NCBI RefSeq assembly: GCF_006345805.1 | Contig: NC_042999.1 | Coordinates: 79,298,001-79,362,000 of the forward strand | Length of the DNA stretch: 64,000 nt | Reading direction: 5' to 3' | Source of the DNA: Octopus sinensis | Lineage: Eukaryota | In this document: positions 13,665 to 27,110 of the stretch, piece by piece | Numbering within the stretch: the first letter of the stretch is position 1 | How the letters are laid out: the number at the start of each line of letters is the position of its first letter | Notes under the pieces: generated by a model | Database searches by the model: none | The model's input: the letters and a program-made list of their open reading frames with translations, nothing else | Told to the model about the DNA's origin: nothing | Position numbers and translations under genes: made by a program

Positions 13665-14215
13665 GAGTGAGAGAGCAGTTCATGCCATCAAAGTGACACT
13701 GGGGTAAAATATACGAAGCCCAATATACCCATCATGACTACCAGTCTGATAAAGGTACACCAGGCACATGCATCACAACCATATGTGCGCGACATGGTGA
13801 TCTCATATCAAGATAAACAACACATGACCTTGCAGGTGGAGCCCAGTTAAAATTTTCTTCAGATCGAGTAACCCATCCCGCTCAAATGGTCCCTGAATAA
13901 GGTTTTTTAAGGATGTTGAAAGAACCACCATGTTTCCAAGAGGTGAATTATTCAAACCCCAAAGAATCCTCTCAACACATGGCTATGATGCTCCCCCACT
14001 ACTTCTGCTCGTGATCAGAGATGCACATATCGTCAGCCACTAAGGGACATGCTCAACTGGTTAAGGTCAAACAATGACAAGCAAATCTGTGGTATTGAGC
14101 AGAATATTTGCTGTAGCCCATCTTTTATACCAAGACAAAACAATGTACATGATAACACTTCCAATCAGTTAAGATCAGAAGCCATGAGAGCCATTGCCTG
14201 GTATTGCATCAGGGC

Positions 14216-14217
<2 letters not shown>
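13665..14217 (-). mobile_element. ~550-bp non-coding interspersed element flanked on both sides by (TAA)n
   Basis: Complex sequence bounded by (TTA)n at 13624-13664 and 14218-14360. A second partial copy at 59831-59903 has the same (TTA)n junction (ttattgagtgagagagcag...ccatcaaag). Confidence 0.7.
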
Positions 14218-14289
<72 letters not shown>

Positions 14290-14703
14290 CATTATTATTA
14301 TATCAATTTTATTATTATTATTATTATTATTATTATATTATTATTTTATTATTATTATTATGCTTCTTTTTGTTTTTCAGAGAACGGAGTGGCTTTGTAA
14401 GGAGAAGATAGAGAAGGCATTGAGTGATATCCGATGGAATTATACTTCATCGCCACATGTTTAGAATTTGAGGCCGGGAATTTGAAGACAAGACATGTAG
14501 GGCAGATGCGACACACTCCTGTTCAACACTCTGGTGCCACAGTTTATGTAAGTCAGCAATATTAGGATCATGATATTCATCGAGACATTAACCCTAAGCT
14601 TTTTGTTACCAGCATTCAACGATATAGATATATACATGAAATGCGCAGCATGTGAACGGATGGATTACAAAGTTATGGCGACCTTATTATTATTATTATT
14701 ATT

Positions 14704-14887
14704 GATTTGGCTCAGGTTCGGTCTTATTCCTGGCAGGATTTATTGTAGTATCGGGTTATTATCTGTAACCTTAGGTATCCACTCGCTTTCAATTGCCTTT
14801 CAAGTACTTAGAACTCTCCTGATAATCATTCCTTTCCTTAAGAAGCGAACTTTCTGTTGAAGCTCTACCGGACATTCTATTCTAATC
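14704..14887 (-). mobile_element. R4/Dong-type non-LTR retrotransposon 3' end
   Basis: Minus-strand translation IRIECPVELQQKVRFLRKGMIIRRVLST* (LQKxxLLGTAxIxRKVL-type C-terminus), then a short 3' UTR ending in a (TAA)n tail at 14685-14703. Confidence 0.65.
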
Positions 14888-14990
14888 AACTTCAACCATT
14901 TGTCTACATCTTCGCTTATAGTTTCCAAGGCACCAATTATTGCAGATACAACATTTACAATTTTGATTAATTAATATCATTATTATTAAT

Positions 14991-15200
14991 GGCGGTGAGC
15001 CGACGAAATCCTTAGGATACCCGGCAAAATGCTTAGCAGTATTTCGTCCGTTCTTACATTCCGAGTTCAAATTCCGACGAGGTCGACTTTGCCATTCATT
15101 CTTTCGGGTTCGAGAAAAGTACCAGTGAAACACTGGAGTCAATGTAGTTGACCTCTTCCCTTCCACCATATTCCAGGTCTTGTGCCTTTAGTAGAAAGGA
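14991..15200 (+). mobile_element. tRNA-derived SINE family B, monomer
   Basis: ggcggtgagc...gagttcaaattccgacgaggtcgactttgcc...agtagaaaggatattatt; B-box-like GAGTTCAAATTCC. Confidence 0.85.
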
Positions 15201-15224
15201 TATTATTATTATTATTATTATTAT

Positions 15225-15269
<45 letters not shown>

Positions 15270-15350
15270 CAGTAGTAGAAAGTAATAGTAGTATTAATAG
15301 TAGTAATAGTAGTAGTGGTAGTGGTAGTAGTAGTAGTAGTATTAGTAGTG

Positions 15351-15406
<56 letters not shown>
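15225..15406 (+). repeat. (TAG)n microsatellite array
   Basis: Long, slightly imperfect agt/tag run directly following a (TTA)n run. Confidence 0.95.
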
Positions 15407-15408
<2 letters not shown>

Positions 15409-15849
15409 GGTGTGATAGATTTATTATGCAACAGATATTTGTAATATCTTTACACCGATTACACTCTAAAAAATATTTAATTTTTCTACTACGGTATTCA
15501 CACCTGCAATAGAAATGCATCGGTTGCATTCCCAGACGGTTTGTTACATATATTTCATTCACCCTTTCCAAATCTATCCATTTATTCACATACATACTTA
15601 CCTACATACATATATACACAGATACACACTTTTTTACCAAATATTCCTAGTGAATTCGGTGCTACTCTATGTACACACACACACACACACACTGACACAC
15701 ACACACACACACGCACACACAAACACACACTCGAATACAGCACACATTTTTTTCTCTCCTGTTGAATATTCAGCTGTAAATTAAAAGAAAACAATTTTTA
15801 ATATTGGTTTTCCTTTAATCTATTTAAGTTGCTGATAACGTCAACAGTG

Positions 15850-15914
<65 letters not shown>

Positions 15915-16663
15915 CACACACACATATATATATATGTATATATATATATATGTGTGTAGTATAACATATACACACACCTTACACAACTCATATGTTAGTG
16001 TATAAAACAGGATAAGTAGAACGCAATACATAGATGCATACATGTGGGTGTCTATGTATGTATTTAACGAATGGCTAAGTCTGCAAGAATGAGAGACGTC
16101 ACATATAGTTATATTGGTCGACGCACTGATCTACGCCAATATTCATCCAAGCCTATATACTTATATATATATATAATATTATATATATATATATATATAT
16201 AATATTACACCACACACACACACACACAGATAAACACACCCACACACACGCGCGCGCGCGCGCACTCACATATAGATACTGACATTGGAAAATTTTCCGA
16301 GGGAGTCTTCTGTATGAAGAACATTCATCTAAGTGCAAGCTACCATACTTGATATGTTGTGTCGATATTAATTTTCAACTTAGAATTTTAACCGGGATAA
16401 CCAAAAAAATACCCTTAGTGTTAATGAAGATACTCTCAAAATAGGCAAGGGAGAGAACTCCGAAATCCTATTTCAATAAACGTTCAGCAACACATTTGAG
16501 ATATCTCTAATAAAAAAATACTATGGTAAATACCATCACAAGGTCTATATATGCACACATATAATTAAGATAATCTGTTTTCTTAGCGTTACGTTGGTTC
16601 CACCTAACGTTTTGAGTAAAAATGTCTTTGGAATAATCCCCCCGCCATTTCCGCTGATTCAAT

Positions 16664-17035
16664 GGCGCAGAAGTGGCTGTGTGGTAAGTAGCTTGCTTAA
16701 CAAATCACATGGTTCTGGGTTCATTCTCACTGCGTGGCACCTTGGGCAAGTATCTTCTACTATAGCCTCGGGCCGACCAGAGCCTTATGAGTGGATGTGG
16801 CAGACGGAAACTGAAAGACGACCGTCGCATATATGTATACATATATTTACATGTATGTGTGTGTGTGTATATGTTTGTGTGTCTGTGCTTGTCCCTCCAG
16901 CATCGCTTGACAACCGATGGTGGTGTGTTTACGTCCCCGTAACTTAGCGGTTCGGCAAAAGAGACCGATAGAATTAGTACTGGGCTTCCGAAGTATTAGT
17001 CCTGGGGTCTTATGACTGAAACAAGTAACAGAGTA
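16664..17035 (+). mobile_element. tRNA-derived SINE family A with internal (TA/TG)n tract
   Basis: Head ggcgcagaagtggctgtgtggtaagtagcttgc...ggttctgggttcattctcac; internal microsatellite; body gacaaccgatggtggtgtgtttacgtccccgtaacttagcggttcggcaaaagagaccgatagaa; tail tgactgaaacaagtaa. Confidence 0.9.
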
Positions 17036-17589
17036 ACTTATGAACTGGAATAATCCACTTCGGAATCGAATAATGATCCAACTTGTAGACCTCACCGTTG
17101 CCTGGGTGTATATCTTGTAAAAGAAAACTTTGTAGCTTATGTAACTTATTAATTTGATACTTTCTATAAATTCCCTTGCTATTTTCTAAATATCTGTGAA
17201 ATATAAATAGAAATCCTAACCATCAGACGGAATCAAACCTGGCAGTCTCCGTTACGGTGGCAGATTTATACATCCAATTAAATCTATCCATTAAATATAA
17301 ATTAATTAAGGAGTCACTTAATACAAGGAAACAAGTAATCTGTTATACAGAATAGAAACATACTGTTTAAGTAAAAACACACACACATACACACATACAC
17401 ACACAGTCACTCATGTACTCACACATACATAGATTTATACAAATAGATTAATACAAACACCCATACACATATACACACACATACCTATATGTATATATAT
17501 ATATATGTATACACATATTTATGCATGAAAAAATATTCATATACGATAAACTCTTTCACACACACACACGCACGCACACGCACACACAC

Positions 17590-17665
<76 letters not shown>

Positions 17666-17666
<1 letters not shown>

Positions 17667-17860
17667 GGGAGAATTCACGGAAAAAAGCAAAAGACGAAGA
17701 CAGGTGGTGTAGAAAATTTAGAGATGTATTAGTATAACGCTCAGGATTGAAAAAGTCTTTTACGTTTCGAGCCTACGCTCTTCTATAGAAAGGTACATAG
17801 AAAGAAACAAGGAGAGAAAAGAAAATGTGTGTAGTGACTACCGATCTATCATGGCGACTC
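17666..17860 (-). mobile_element. Non-coding PLE-like element with minimal hammerhead-like motif
   Basis: Reverse complement of 17756-17793 is CCTTT CTATAGA A GAGC GTAG GCTC GAAAC GTA AAAGA. Aligns along its length with 35761-35991 and 57917-58110. Confidence 0.75.
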
Positions 17861-18149
17861 ATATATATATGTATATAAACAAAAGGCAAAATGAGAGTAA
17901 ACACTATATGATGCTTAGGTTATAGGAACTGGGAACCAGGTAACGATTCATTCCTCAGCTACACTGTTACTCGGAGTTTCTCACATATTCATTACATATA
18001 CATGATTAATCATACGATATACAATAGATATATTACATAAGGAAAAATAAAAGCGAGGGGAAATAATCTCAAGAGCTCGTATGGCATGAATTCAGATAAG
18101 TCTGAGAGACGATAATGGCAAAAAATACACTATCGATTGCTATCCGCCC

Positions 18150-18428
18150 ATATTACATAAATAACACTCGCATCTCATAACAATAATACCACAATTATTT
18201 CATCTCAATTGGCCCCGCTCTCTTTAATATTACACCAAAACACATTAAAGCAGAAACAGACTCCGTAAAGTTACCGGATAAACCACCTACACCCAGATAT
18301 ATCTCCGTAAACAATAACTCTCTTCTCAATATGGGCCATGTTCCCCGAATCCTGATTTGAATGACTTCACCAGGTGGTGCTATGGCCTGGGTCTATACTG
18401 GCCCAAAACCTATTAAAGCATCAATCTA
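18150..18428 (+). mobile_element. CR1-group LINE 3' fragment (ORF2 C-terminus with deletion, plus 3' UTR)
   Basis: Translates to ...IGPALFNITPKHIKAETDSVK / LPDKPPTPRYISVNNNSL, the GPxLFNxLP...PDxP..PGY...NSL terminus typical of CR1/L2-group RTs. Confidence 0.65.
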
Positions 18429-18889
18429 TATATAAATATATATGCGTCCTCACTTGTTGAATATATATTTGTATTTGCGATTTCCAATGATAATATTTAA
18501 GTGTAATTTCATTAGGATCTCAGTTTGTATATTCATCGTTGATACTTCTATGTGCATATGTGTGTTGTGTGTGTGTGCTTGCGTGTATATATGAGTGTAT
18601 ATGTCAACTGATGCATACGTGTGTCCGAGTTTCTATATGTATGTATGTACGCATGTATGTATGTCTGTATTTATTCGCATAGCTATCACACACCCACACA
18701 TATATATACATGTATATATAAACACGTCTATCTATATGTATATGCATGCACGCGCACGTGTGTGTGTGGTTAAGAATTCTTGAGCACCTGAGAATATATT
18801 ACATGCACGAATATGCAAAAAGCACACACGCGCGCACACACACGGTTAAAGAAAGACAGAGTGCAAGAATACATACACACACACACACA

Positions 18890-18972
<83 letters not shown>

Positions 18973-20169
18973 ATATATATATATGCGTGTGTGTATATGT
19001 ATGCGCATGCGTGTATGTGTATGCGTGCGCAGTTCTGTATTTATGTTCTCTTTGTCTTTATGTGTGCAATAGTATATGTATGTATATACGCTGTGTGTAT
19101 GCAAACAACGGGTGTTTGGCAAGTACACTTCTGTGTTTACTGAACGAACATGTTGAGCAAGAGGTGCAGGGATGGAGAAGGAAGAGGAGAGAGAAAGAGA
19201 GAAAGAAAGAAAGAGAGAGAGGAGAAGAGAGGAGTAAAGTGGTGGTATAAGTGACGGAAGGAGGGTGGGGGTAAGCAATAGAAAGAGGATGAGGATGAGG
19301 AAGGGCAAAGTGGGCGGCGGAGGCGGTGGTAGGTGGGATCAAATTAGTGGCACTCAAGTGTAGCACTTATATTTGATATATTGACGTGGGGAAGGAAATG
19401 GGGGTGGCGATGGTGGATGTGGTGGTGGTAGCGGAGGTGGTGGTGCCCTTCTTGAATGATTTAAAGTAATAGTGTGAGGTGGAGTTTGTGAGGCTCATAG
19501 AGAGAGAGAGAGGGGGGCAAGTATGGCGTATTTTGTTGTTGGTACGTTTACACATACGCACGCACGCGCACACGCACGCACGCACGCATATATATATATT
19601 GTGTGTGCGTGCGTGTGTGTTACATATGGTGGAATTAAGTAGTTGATATATTATCCCTGCATCTATCTGTTTGTCTGGCGATCTGTCTGCTTCTTGGTGA
19701 AATTGTCTGACTACATATCTATCTACATCAATTTATCTGTATGTCGCTAGGTCTGTCTATCAGTATACCTCTTCTATTTTCTCAGTCTCTCACGTATGTG
19801 CTACACACACACACATACATATATCTGTGAATATATCGTGGCAGTACACACGATCGCGCGCGCGAACATTTCTACGTATACATATGTATGTTGAGAAACA
19901 TATCGTACTTATGTATGTACACACACTCTCACCGCACTTTTCTGGTTTTCTACGGTATATGCACGTTAAGTAAGGTATACAGAATGCTATTTTGATCTGA
20001 TACAGCCTCCGTCGCTAATAATTGACTCTTTCTCACTCTTTTTCTCTCCGCCCTTTCCTTATCTGTCTCTCGCACACTCACACACACACACACACACATC
20101 TACATACATTTGTGTGTATATATGTGTGTGATCGTGTGCATAACTCGCTCTACCAGCATCCCTATCTAT

Positions 20170-20361
20170 CTATCCATCCATCCATGTATGTATGTATGTA
20201 TGTATGTATGTATGTATGTATGTATGTATGTATCTATCTGTCTGTCTGCCTGTCTGTCTGCCTGTCTGTCTGCCTGCCTGCCTGTCTATCTGTCAGTCTT
20301 CTTTTCTGTCTGTCTGTCTATCTCTCTGTCTGCCTTCCTGTCAGCCTGTCTGTTTGCCCGG

Positions 20362-20452
<91 letters not shown>
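20170..20452 (+). repeat. Compound tetranucleotide array (ATGT)n-(CTGT)n-(CTAT)n
   Basis: Directly visible tandem runs. Confidence 0.95.
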
Positions 20453-20880
20453 CTTCGTCTTGTTAACCTTTCAATCACTTAATTTTCCCGTGCTTTTCTC
20501 TGAGATCATAACGCTGAAAGCAATATAGTCGTGAATGTGCATATGTGCATTCATTTTCCACACTTTTGCCTCTACTATTTCTACAACTTTTCTTCTAATT
20601 TATCTTTTCCCACTCAGTTCCCTGAACTATCCTTTTTAAGTGGGTAACGGTGTGATTTTAAGGGAGTGTTCCAGTCATCAGCATTTCGTCTTTTCATATC
20701 TCAGAGACTTCATCGTTCAATAGAGGCAGATTTGGCTGCTGTTTCGAGGGTGCACGCAAATGCCTCCTGCTTCGTTAAATGAAATGCCTACTATGGCACT
20801 AGGTCACCAATAGTCACGAACATTTTTGATTTTATATCTCTGCTTACCTCTATCGTCACAAAAACGCTAGTATACAGCCA

Positions 20881-20976
20881 AGCGTGGCTGTGTGATAAGA
20901 AGTTTGCTTCTTAACCACATTGTTCTGGGTTCAGTATCACTATGCGGTATCTTGGGCAGGTGTTTTCTACTATAGG
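20881..20976 (+). mobile_element. SINE family A head fragment
   Basis: gtggctgtgtgataagaagtttgcttc...ttctgggttcagtatcactatgcggtatcttgggcaggtgttttctactatag. Confidence 0.75.
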
Positions 20977-21176
20977 GCCCCTCCCCCACCACATATTGAC
21001 TTCATAAGAATTCAGAAACTTTTCAGAGACCGTCCGATAAATTTTGTTTTGCAACTGGATCTTGAAGCACATAATATGTATTAGCGTGCAAATATTATAT
21101 ATATATATTTATATAATACTTGTTTCAGTCATTAGACTGCAGCCATGCTGGAGCATATATATGTATATATATATAC

Positions 21177-21243
<67 letters not shown>

Positions 21244-21385
21244 GGGAATATGATTCCAAACTTACAAGGAAAAATTCAATTTAGTAATACTGAATCAAAT
21301 TTCACGATATATAATACATGTATATAAATTGCTTCATGGTGGTTCCTCTCTAATTTATATATATACACATACATACATACATGCA

Positions 21386-21416
<31 letters not shown>

Positions 21417-21824
21417 GTATATATATATATATATAATATATACATACACGCACACATATATATATATATATGTATTCACACAAGCACAAAGAAACGTGAA
21501 ATTACATATGCAGACGTGTGGGACAAAAGGAAAATTTATGCGGTTCTGGGGATCAGCTGGTCTGCATGTGTGGAGATTTCTATCGAAATCAGTAAGAAAG
21601 AAAATATTTTCGGACAGACGCTCAACAGCCTACAGTTGCTCAACCCGTATTGTAAATTCACATTTTTAATGAATGCTGAATTTTGATTATTAAATATTTA
21701 TGCGATATTTTCGAAGAGCTGAGTGTCTGAAGCAACGAAAAAATGGAAAAAAAAAAAAATTTTTTTTTTAAATAAAAAAATCATCGGCTGAAAATCAGTT
21801 TAAAAATACAATCTTATTCGTCTA

Positions 21825-22282
21825 TTCCTTTTATTCTTTTACTTCGGGCATGCTGGAGCACAGTCTTGACTGCAGCCATGCTGGAGCACAGCCTTGAAGG
21901 TTTTTAGTCGAACAAAATTATCCCAGGACTTATTTAAGACTAGTACTTATTTTATCGGTCTCTTGGCGAGCCGCTACGTTACGGGGACATAAACACACCA
22001 ACACCGGTTGTCAAGCGGTGAAGGAGAGGGGAAAACACATATATACATATATACATAGATACTTATATTGAAATATATACATATGTATATCAAGAATAAC
22101 GTCGTATATATATATATATATATATATATACGAAGGGTTTCTTCCAGTTTCCGTCTACAAATCTACTCACAAGGCCTGAGGGTATAGTAGAAGACACTTG
22201 TCCAAGATGCCAAGCTGTCGGACTGAACCCGAAACCATGCGGTTTGGAAGCAAGCTTCTTACCACACACCTACGCTTGCACC
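21825..22282 (-). mobile_element. SINE family A, near full length
   Basis: Tail region with a small internal duplication (catgctggagcacag x2), body, TA tract and head ...gactgaacccgaaaccatg...accacac. Confidence 0.85.
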
Positions 22283-22821
22283 TAGCTGTAAAAAGAAAAA
22301 AAAATCTGATTTTCCTAATTTGTAATAGGTAATATTTCCTCATTGCCGTTATCTAAATTCCAGTGATGGAACTGTTTCTTTGTTAGGAACCAGCTCTTTC
22401 TACGTAGGCTGAATTGAAATAATCAAAATAGTAAAACAACATACGTATGTAATATATATTTATGTATACACGGCGTAATATAACACACGCATGTATTTGT
22501 ATAATACACACACACGCACACATACATATATGTGTATATATACATATGCATATATGTATACATGTATATATGTAAATATATATATATCCATGTATGTATA
22601 CATACACATAGGCATATGTCTACATACATATTTATAAATGTGTATGCATATATGTATATATGCGTATATATGTATATATGTGTATATATGTATATATATA
22701 TGTATATAATTATATACTTATATAAATGTATATACATATATAAAATATATATAAGTATATAATACACATATGTATATATATATATATACATATATATGTA
22801 TATACATCATTGCATACATTG

Positions 22822-22855
<34 letters not shown>

Positions 22856-23362
22856 TAATATATATATATATATACATCCCACATGAGATTATGCACACAC
22901 GTACACGCAAGCACATAAGGAACACACAGCCGCACACACAAGCAAACACACACACACAGACACACTCACGTAGCTTCCAGTCTCTTCTGGGAGTGTAGGA
23001 TGAGTGAAAATGTGTCTTAATCTGAAAATCTGTCTTTGTGATACATCTAATGTAGAAATTTCAGTATGGTATTGTCATTTGGGCTTCTGTTTCAAGCTGG
23101 CTTCCTATCTTCAAACGAATAAAATTCTTAGAAACGGCTATCATAATAGTAATGATGATAATAATGATAATAATAGGTCTGAACATAAGAATGCTAATAT
23201 TAATAATAGCAATAAAATTAAGTAATAACATCAACAATAATGACAATAGCAAGAAAAATAATAATAATGATTTATTGTTTTTTTTGCTATTGTTGTTGTG
23301 CAAGGAATCATCATCATCTTCATCATCATCATCATCTCCTTTACCCCCTCCTCTTCCTCCTC

Positions 23363-23417
<55 letters not shown>

Positions 23418-23438
23418 TATTATTATTATTACATAGTA

Positions 23439-23660
23439 AGGCAGTGAGTTGGCAGAGTCGTTAGCAGACTGGACGAAATGCATACTGGTATTTCGCCCGT
23501 CGCTACGTTCTGAGTTCAAATGCTGCCGAGGTCGACTTTGCCTTTCAGCTTTTCAGGTTCAATTAAATAAGTGTGTATCAGTTACGCACTGGGGTCGATG
23601 TAATCGTCTAAATCTCTGCCCCCAAATTTCAGGCCTTGTGCTTCCAGTAAAAGATTATCA
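23439..23660 (+). mobile_element. SINE family B, monomer
   Basis: aggcagtgagttggcagagtcgttagc...ctacgttctgagttcaaatgctgccgaggtcgactttgcc; follows a (TAT)n run. Confidence 0.85.
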
Positions 23661-24014
23661 TTATTCTATTTCAATTTTCCTCAGCCAGTTGTCAATGTCT
23701 TGGCTCCAAATTCCTATTTCAAACATTAAGGAACTGTGTTTTTTGTTTTTGTCCTCTTTCTTTACGATTCTAGAATCAAACGGGCGCGATTGGTTAATTG
23801 TTAGAAACTTCGCTTTCCCTATCAATAATTGTTATGTCCGGTTTATTATTTATAACTTCTTATCCGTTTGAATAGGGAAGTCCTGCTAAATCTTACATTT
23901 CTCCAACTCCGAGACTCTTTCGATTCGATGATTTTACCATATGTTTCTAACTTCAAATCCCCATTATTATCACCTTCATCATCATCATCATCATCATTAT
24001 TATTATTATTATTA

Positions 24015-24547
24015 TGTTTGAGTTTTGCTTTGTATTTGTACAAGTTGACTTCAAGTCTCACCCAGAGACCTCAAGAGACAACAAGTTAGAAGTTCAAGTT
24101 TGTGTTATGACTAGGGTGCCATATATTTGGTTTTGCACAGAGTATTGTTCAAGAGAATGTTTAAAAAAGCACATGATAATTATATGTTTGTTTTAAAATT
24201 TGAGATTATATAGACAGTATTTTACGTAGGATATGGGCAGTTCCCATGAGCACTGTTTTTTCTTTTTTGAATTTCTGCCATTTTGGGGTTCCTGGTACCT
24301 GAGCTAGTAGGAATCGGCCTCTTTTGCTATCATGCCTAGGGCACCTATGACAACAGGTATTGTTTTAGTTTTGAGGTCCCACATTTTGTTAATTTCTATT
24401 TCAAGATCTTCATACTCGTTCAGTTTTTGATAGGCCTTGGCAGATACATTTATGTCGATTGGGACAGTCATATCAATAAAGAGGCATGATTCTTGTCTGA
24501 AGTCCTTCAATGTAATAACTGGCCTATTCGCATCTATCTTTCTGTCA
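24015..24547 (-). mobile_element. R4/Dong-clade non-LTR retrotransposon, 5'-truncated (restriction-like endonuclease domain + 3' UTR), in (TAA)n
   Basis: Translates to DRKIDANRPVITLKDFRQESCLFIDMTVPIDINVSAKAYQKLNEYEDLEIEINKMWDLKTKTIPVVIGALGMI...KTVLMGTAHILRKILSI* (RPD..D..K..KY REL motif, decayed). (TAA)n on both flanks. Confidence 0.85.
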
Positions 24548-24549
24548 TA

Positions 24550-24600
<51 letters not shown>

Positions 24601-25312
24601 TATTATTATTATGCATTTTATTCATCATGTACGAGTGCGTATGTATTCAATTTTAGAAAGATTGAAACATGTCTTTCACAATTCCGGAGCGTATTAACCT
24701 TATTTTGTGTCTGACTTATTAAGGCACACGCTGTATTATTCAGGCACTGTATATCCGGGATTATGGTATCAAATGCGTGCTACAGCTTTTTAAAATTTTC
24801 AGAGATTGCAGGGTGTTTTGGTGGGGTTAAATTTAGTTGTTATTCCAATGACAAAATGGAACTCCTATCGTAGAACCGCAGAAATATATACAGCTGTAGA
24901 CAAGAAGAACAAAAATCTCAAGATGGAAAACGAAGAAAGAGAAACAAATACATCATCAAAAAAAAAAAAAAAAACTTGAGCAACATGAACAATAAGAAGA
25001 ACATCAACACATCATCACCAGCATCATGATCATTATCATCATCAACAGTATGAAGGCATACATAAAGCAATTTAGTGCAAAGATCAACCAGAAAGTTGAC
25101 ACAAGCTCAAGTGATGTGAAATGTATATAAACAAACGGCAATATTACTCATAGAATGTAAGCATTATATTATATTATGTTATATTATATTATATCTAGTA
25201 ATGAAATGCAAACATAACAAATATTTGCAGTCAGACTCTATACGTCAGTCAAACGCACACACACAATATACACAGACAGATATGGAGCACGAAATTTCAA
25301 GACACATACACA

Positions 25313-25404
<92 letters not shown>

Positions 25405-25684
25405 AAGAGAGAGAGAGGACAGTTTTTCTTTTTTTTCTGAACACAATCCTTCAACAGAATCCACAAGCATACACACATACACACTATCTCTCCCTCCCTC
25501 TCTCTCTTCATATTTCTCCCTTTCTCTCTCATACACACATACTTACAAACACACACACACACATATATATATATATATCTTTTAGTGTGTATGTGTACGT
25601 GTTAAAAGATTGTGTTCACAAAGGAAAGAAATTGTGCTCAATAAATTAAGTAGACACCTCATATTCTTCAATTATATATATGCA

Positions 25685-25715
<31 letters not shown>

Positions 25716-26580
25716 GTTTGTGTGTATGTGTGTGTGTGTATGTGTGTGTGTGTGTGTGTGCGTGTGTATAGAAGCACTTTGTTCATAAACAAGAGGAAGT
25801 GTATTGCAAACATATTGTACCGCACATATATTTATAGGAAACTGGTGATTCACTCAGTCGCTACACGAAAAGTTCCCCGCCCCTCCCCTCAACGCGATAT
25901 GTTGTGGCTGGCAATAATTGACACGAATATTAGTATGAGCATGTGTGTGTGTATCATGCATATAAATATTTTTTATATATGTATGTATTATATTATATAT
26001 ATATATATATTATTATATATAGATATATATATATATATATATATATTCATATATATATTTACATTATATTTATGCCACACATACGTGTACAGTTGCACAT
26101 AGAATCACATACATACGCACATGCATTTATATATATACATACATACATACATACATACATATGCGTATGTATGTATGGCTGTACACAAATACATACAGAA
26201 CATATATGTAAGCGTATATCTGTATATATACACGCACATATATATATATTATTTATTTATAGATTTACTCGTGTATACGCACTTGTATTTTGGCCATAAC
26301 ATAAATATGTAGGACGCTACAGTAGTGCCAAGGGAGGCGCGAACACAATATACTAGCGCCCTCTGCCTCCCACACTTCAAACGGCCTCCTCATGTACGTA
26401 TAATAAACTATAAACATTTCTCTGCCAGTATAATAGAATATATTGTGTAACTTGAAATATTAGACTTGTATTTCATATTACGTCAGAAATAATGAGCTAC
26501 ATTTAGGAGCGAGTGAGTTGGAGTAAGAGAATACGAGAGAGTAAGAGGGATGGAGTATGTATGAGAGATATAGAGAAAGG

Positions 26581-26617
<37 letters not shown>

Positions 26618-26955
26618 TGAAGGATAGAGAATGTGGGTAAGAGAGAGAAAGGAAGATATCTATGAATGACAGTGAGAGAGAGTATGCGAGAGATAGCGGT
26701 GCTGAGAGTGGCATGTAGATGAGAATGAGAAAGATTGATGAGGTGAGTGCGAAGAAAATATAACATTTAGTAGAGAGGGGGGAAAAAAAGTGAAGTGATG
26801 GCGTTGGTAGTTGTGTGGGTTATGGAGATTAATAGAGTAGGCGTATGAACGACAATTTTACTACCTATAGACTAAAAACAGGTCTACGGGAGGTAAAAAC
26901 AAATGCAAGATGAAAAGCAGGAATAAATAGGAATGAGTAAAATATATATATAGAT

Positions 26956-26985
26956 ATATTCCCTACTATTAATAATTATACATAA

Positions 26986-27045
<60 letters not shown>

Positions 27046-27110
27046 TATATATGTATGTATGTATTATGTATGATGTATGTATATATATAATTATTAATAG
27101 TAGGGAATAT
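26956..27110. repeat. 25-bp perfect inverted repeat enclosing a TACA/TA/TGTA microsatellite
   Basis: atattccctactattaataattata (26956-26980) and tataattattaatagtagggaatat (27086-27110). Confidence 0.85.

Noticed and set aside
14160-14217. HDV-like ribozyme or snRNA at the 5' end of the TAA-flanked element
   Set aside because: A P3/L3-like hairpin can be drawn, but P1 and P1.1 pairings fail, and I recognised no match to spliceosomal snRNAs.
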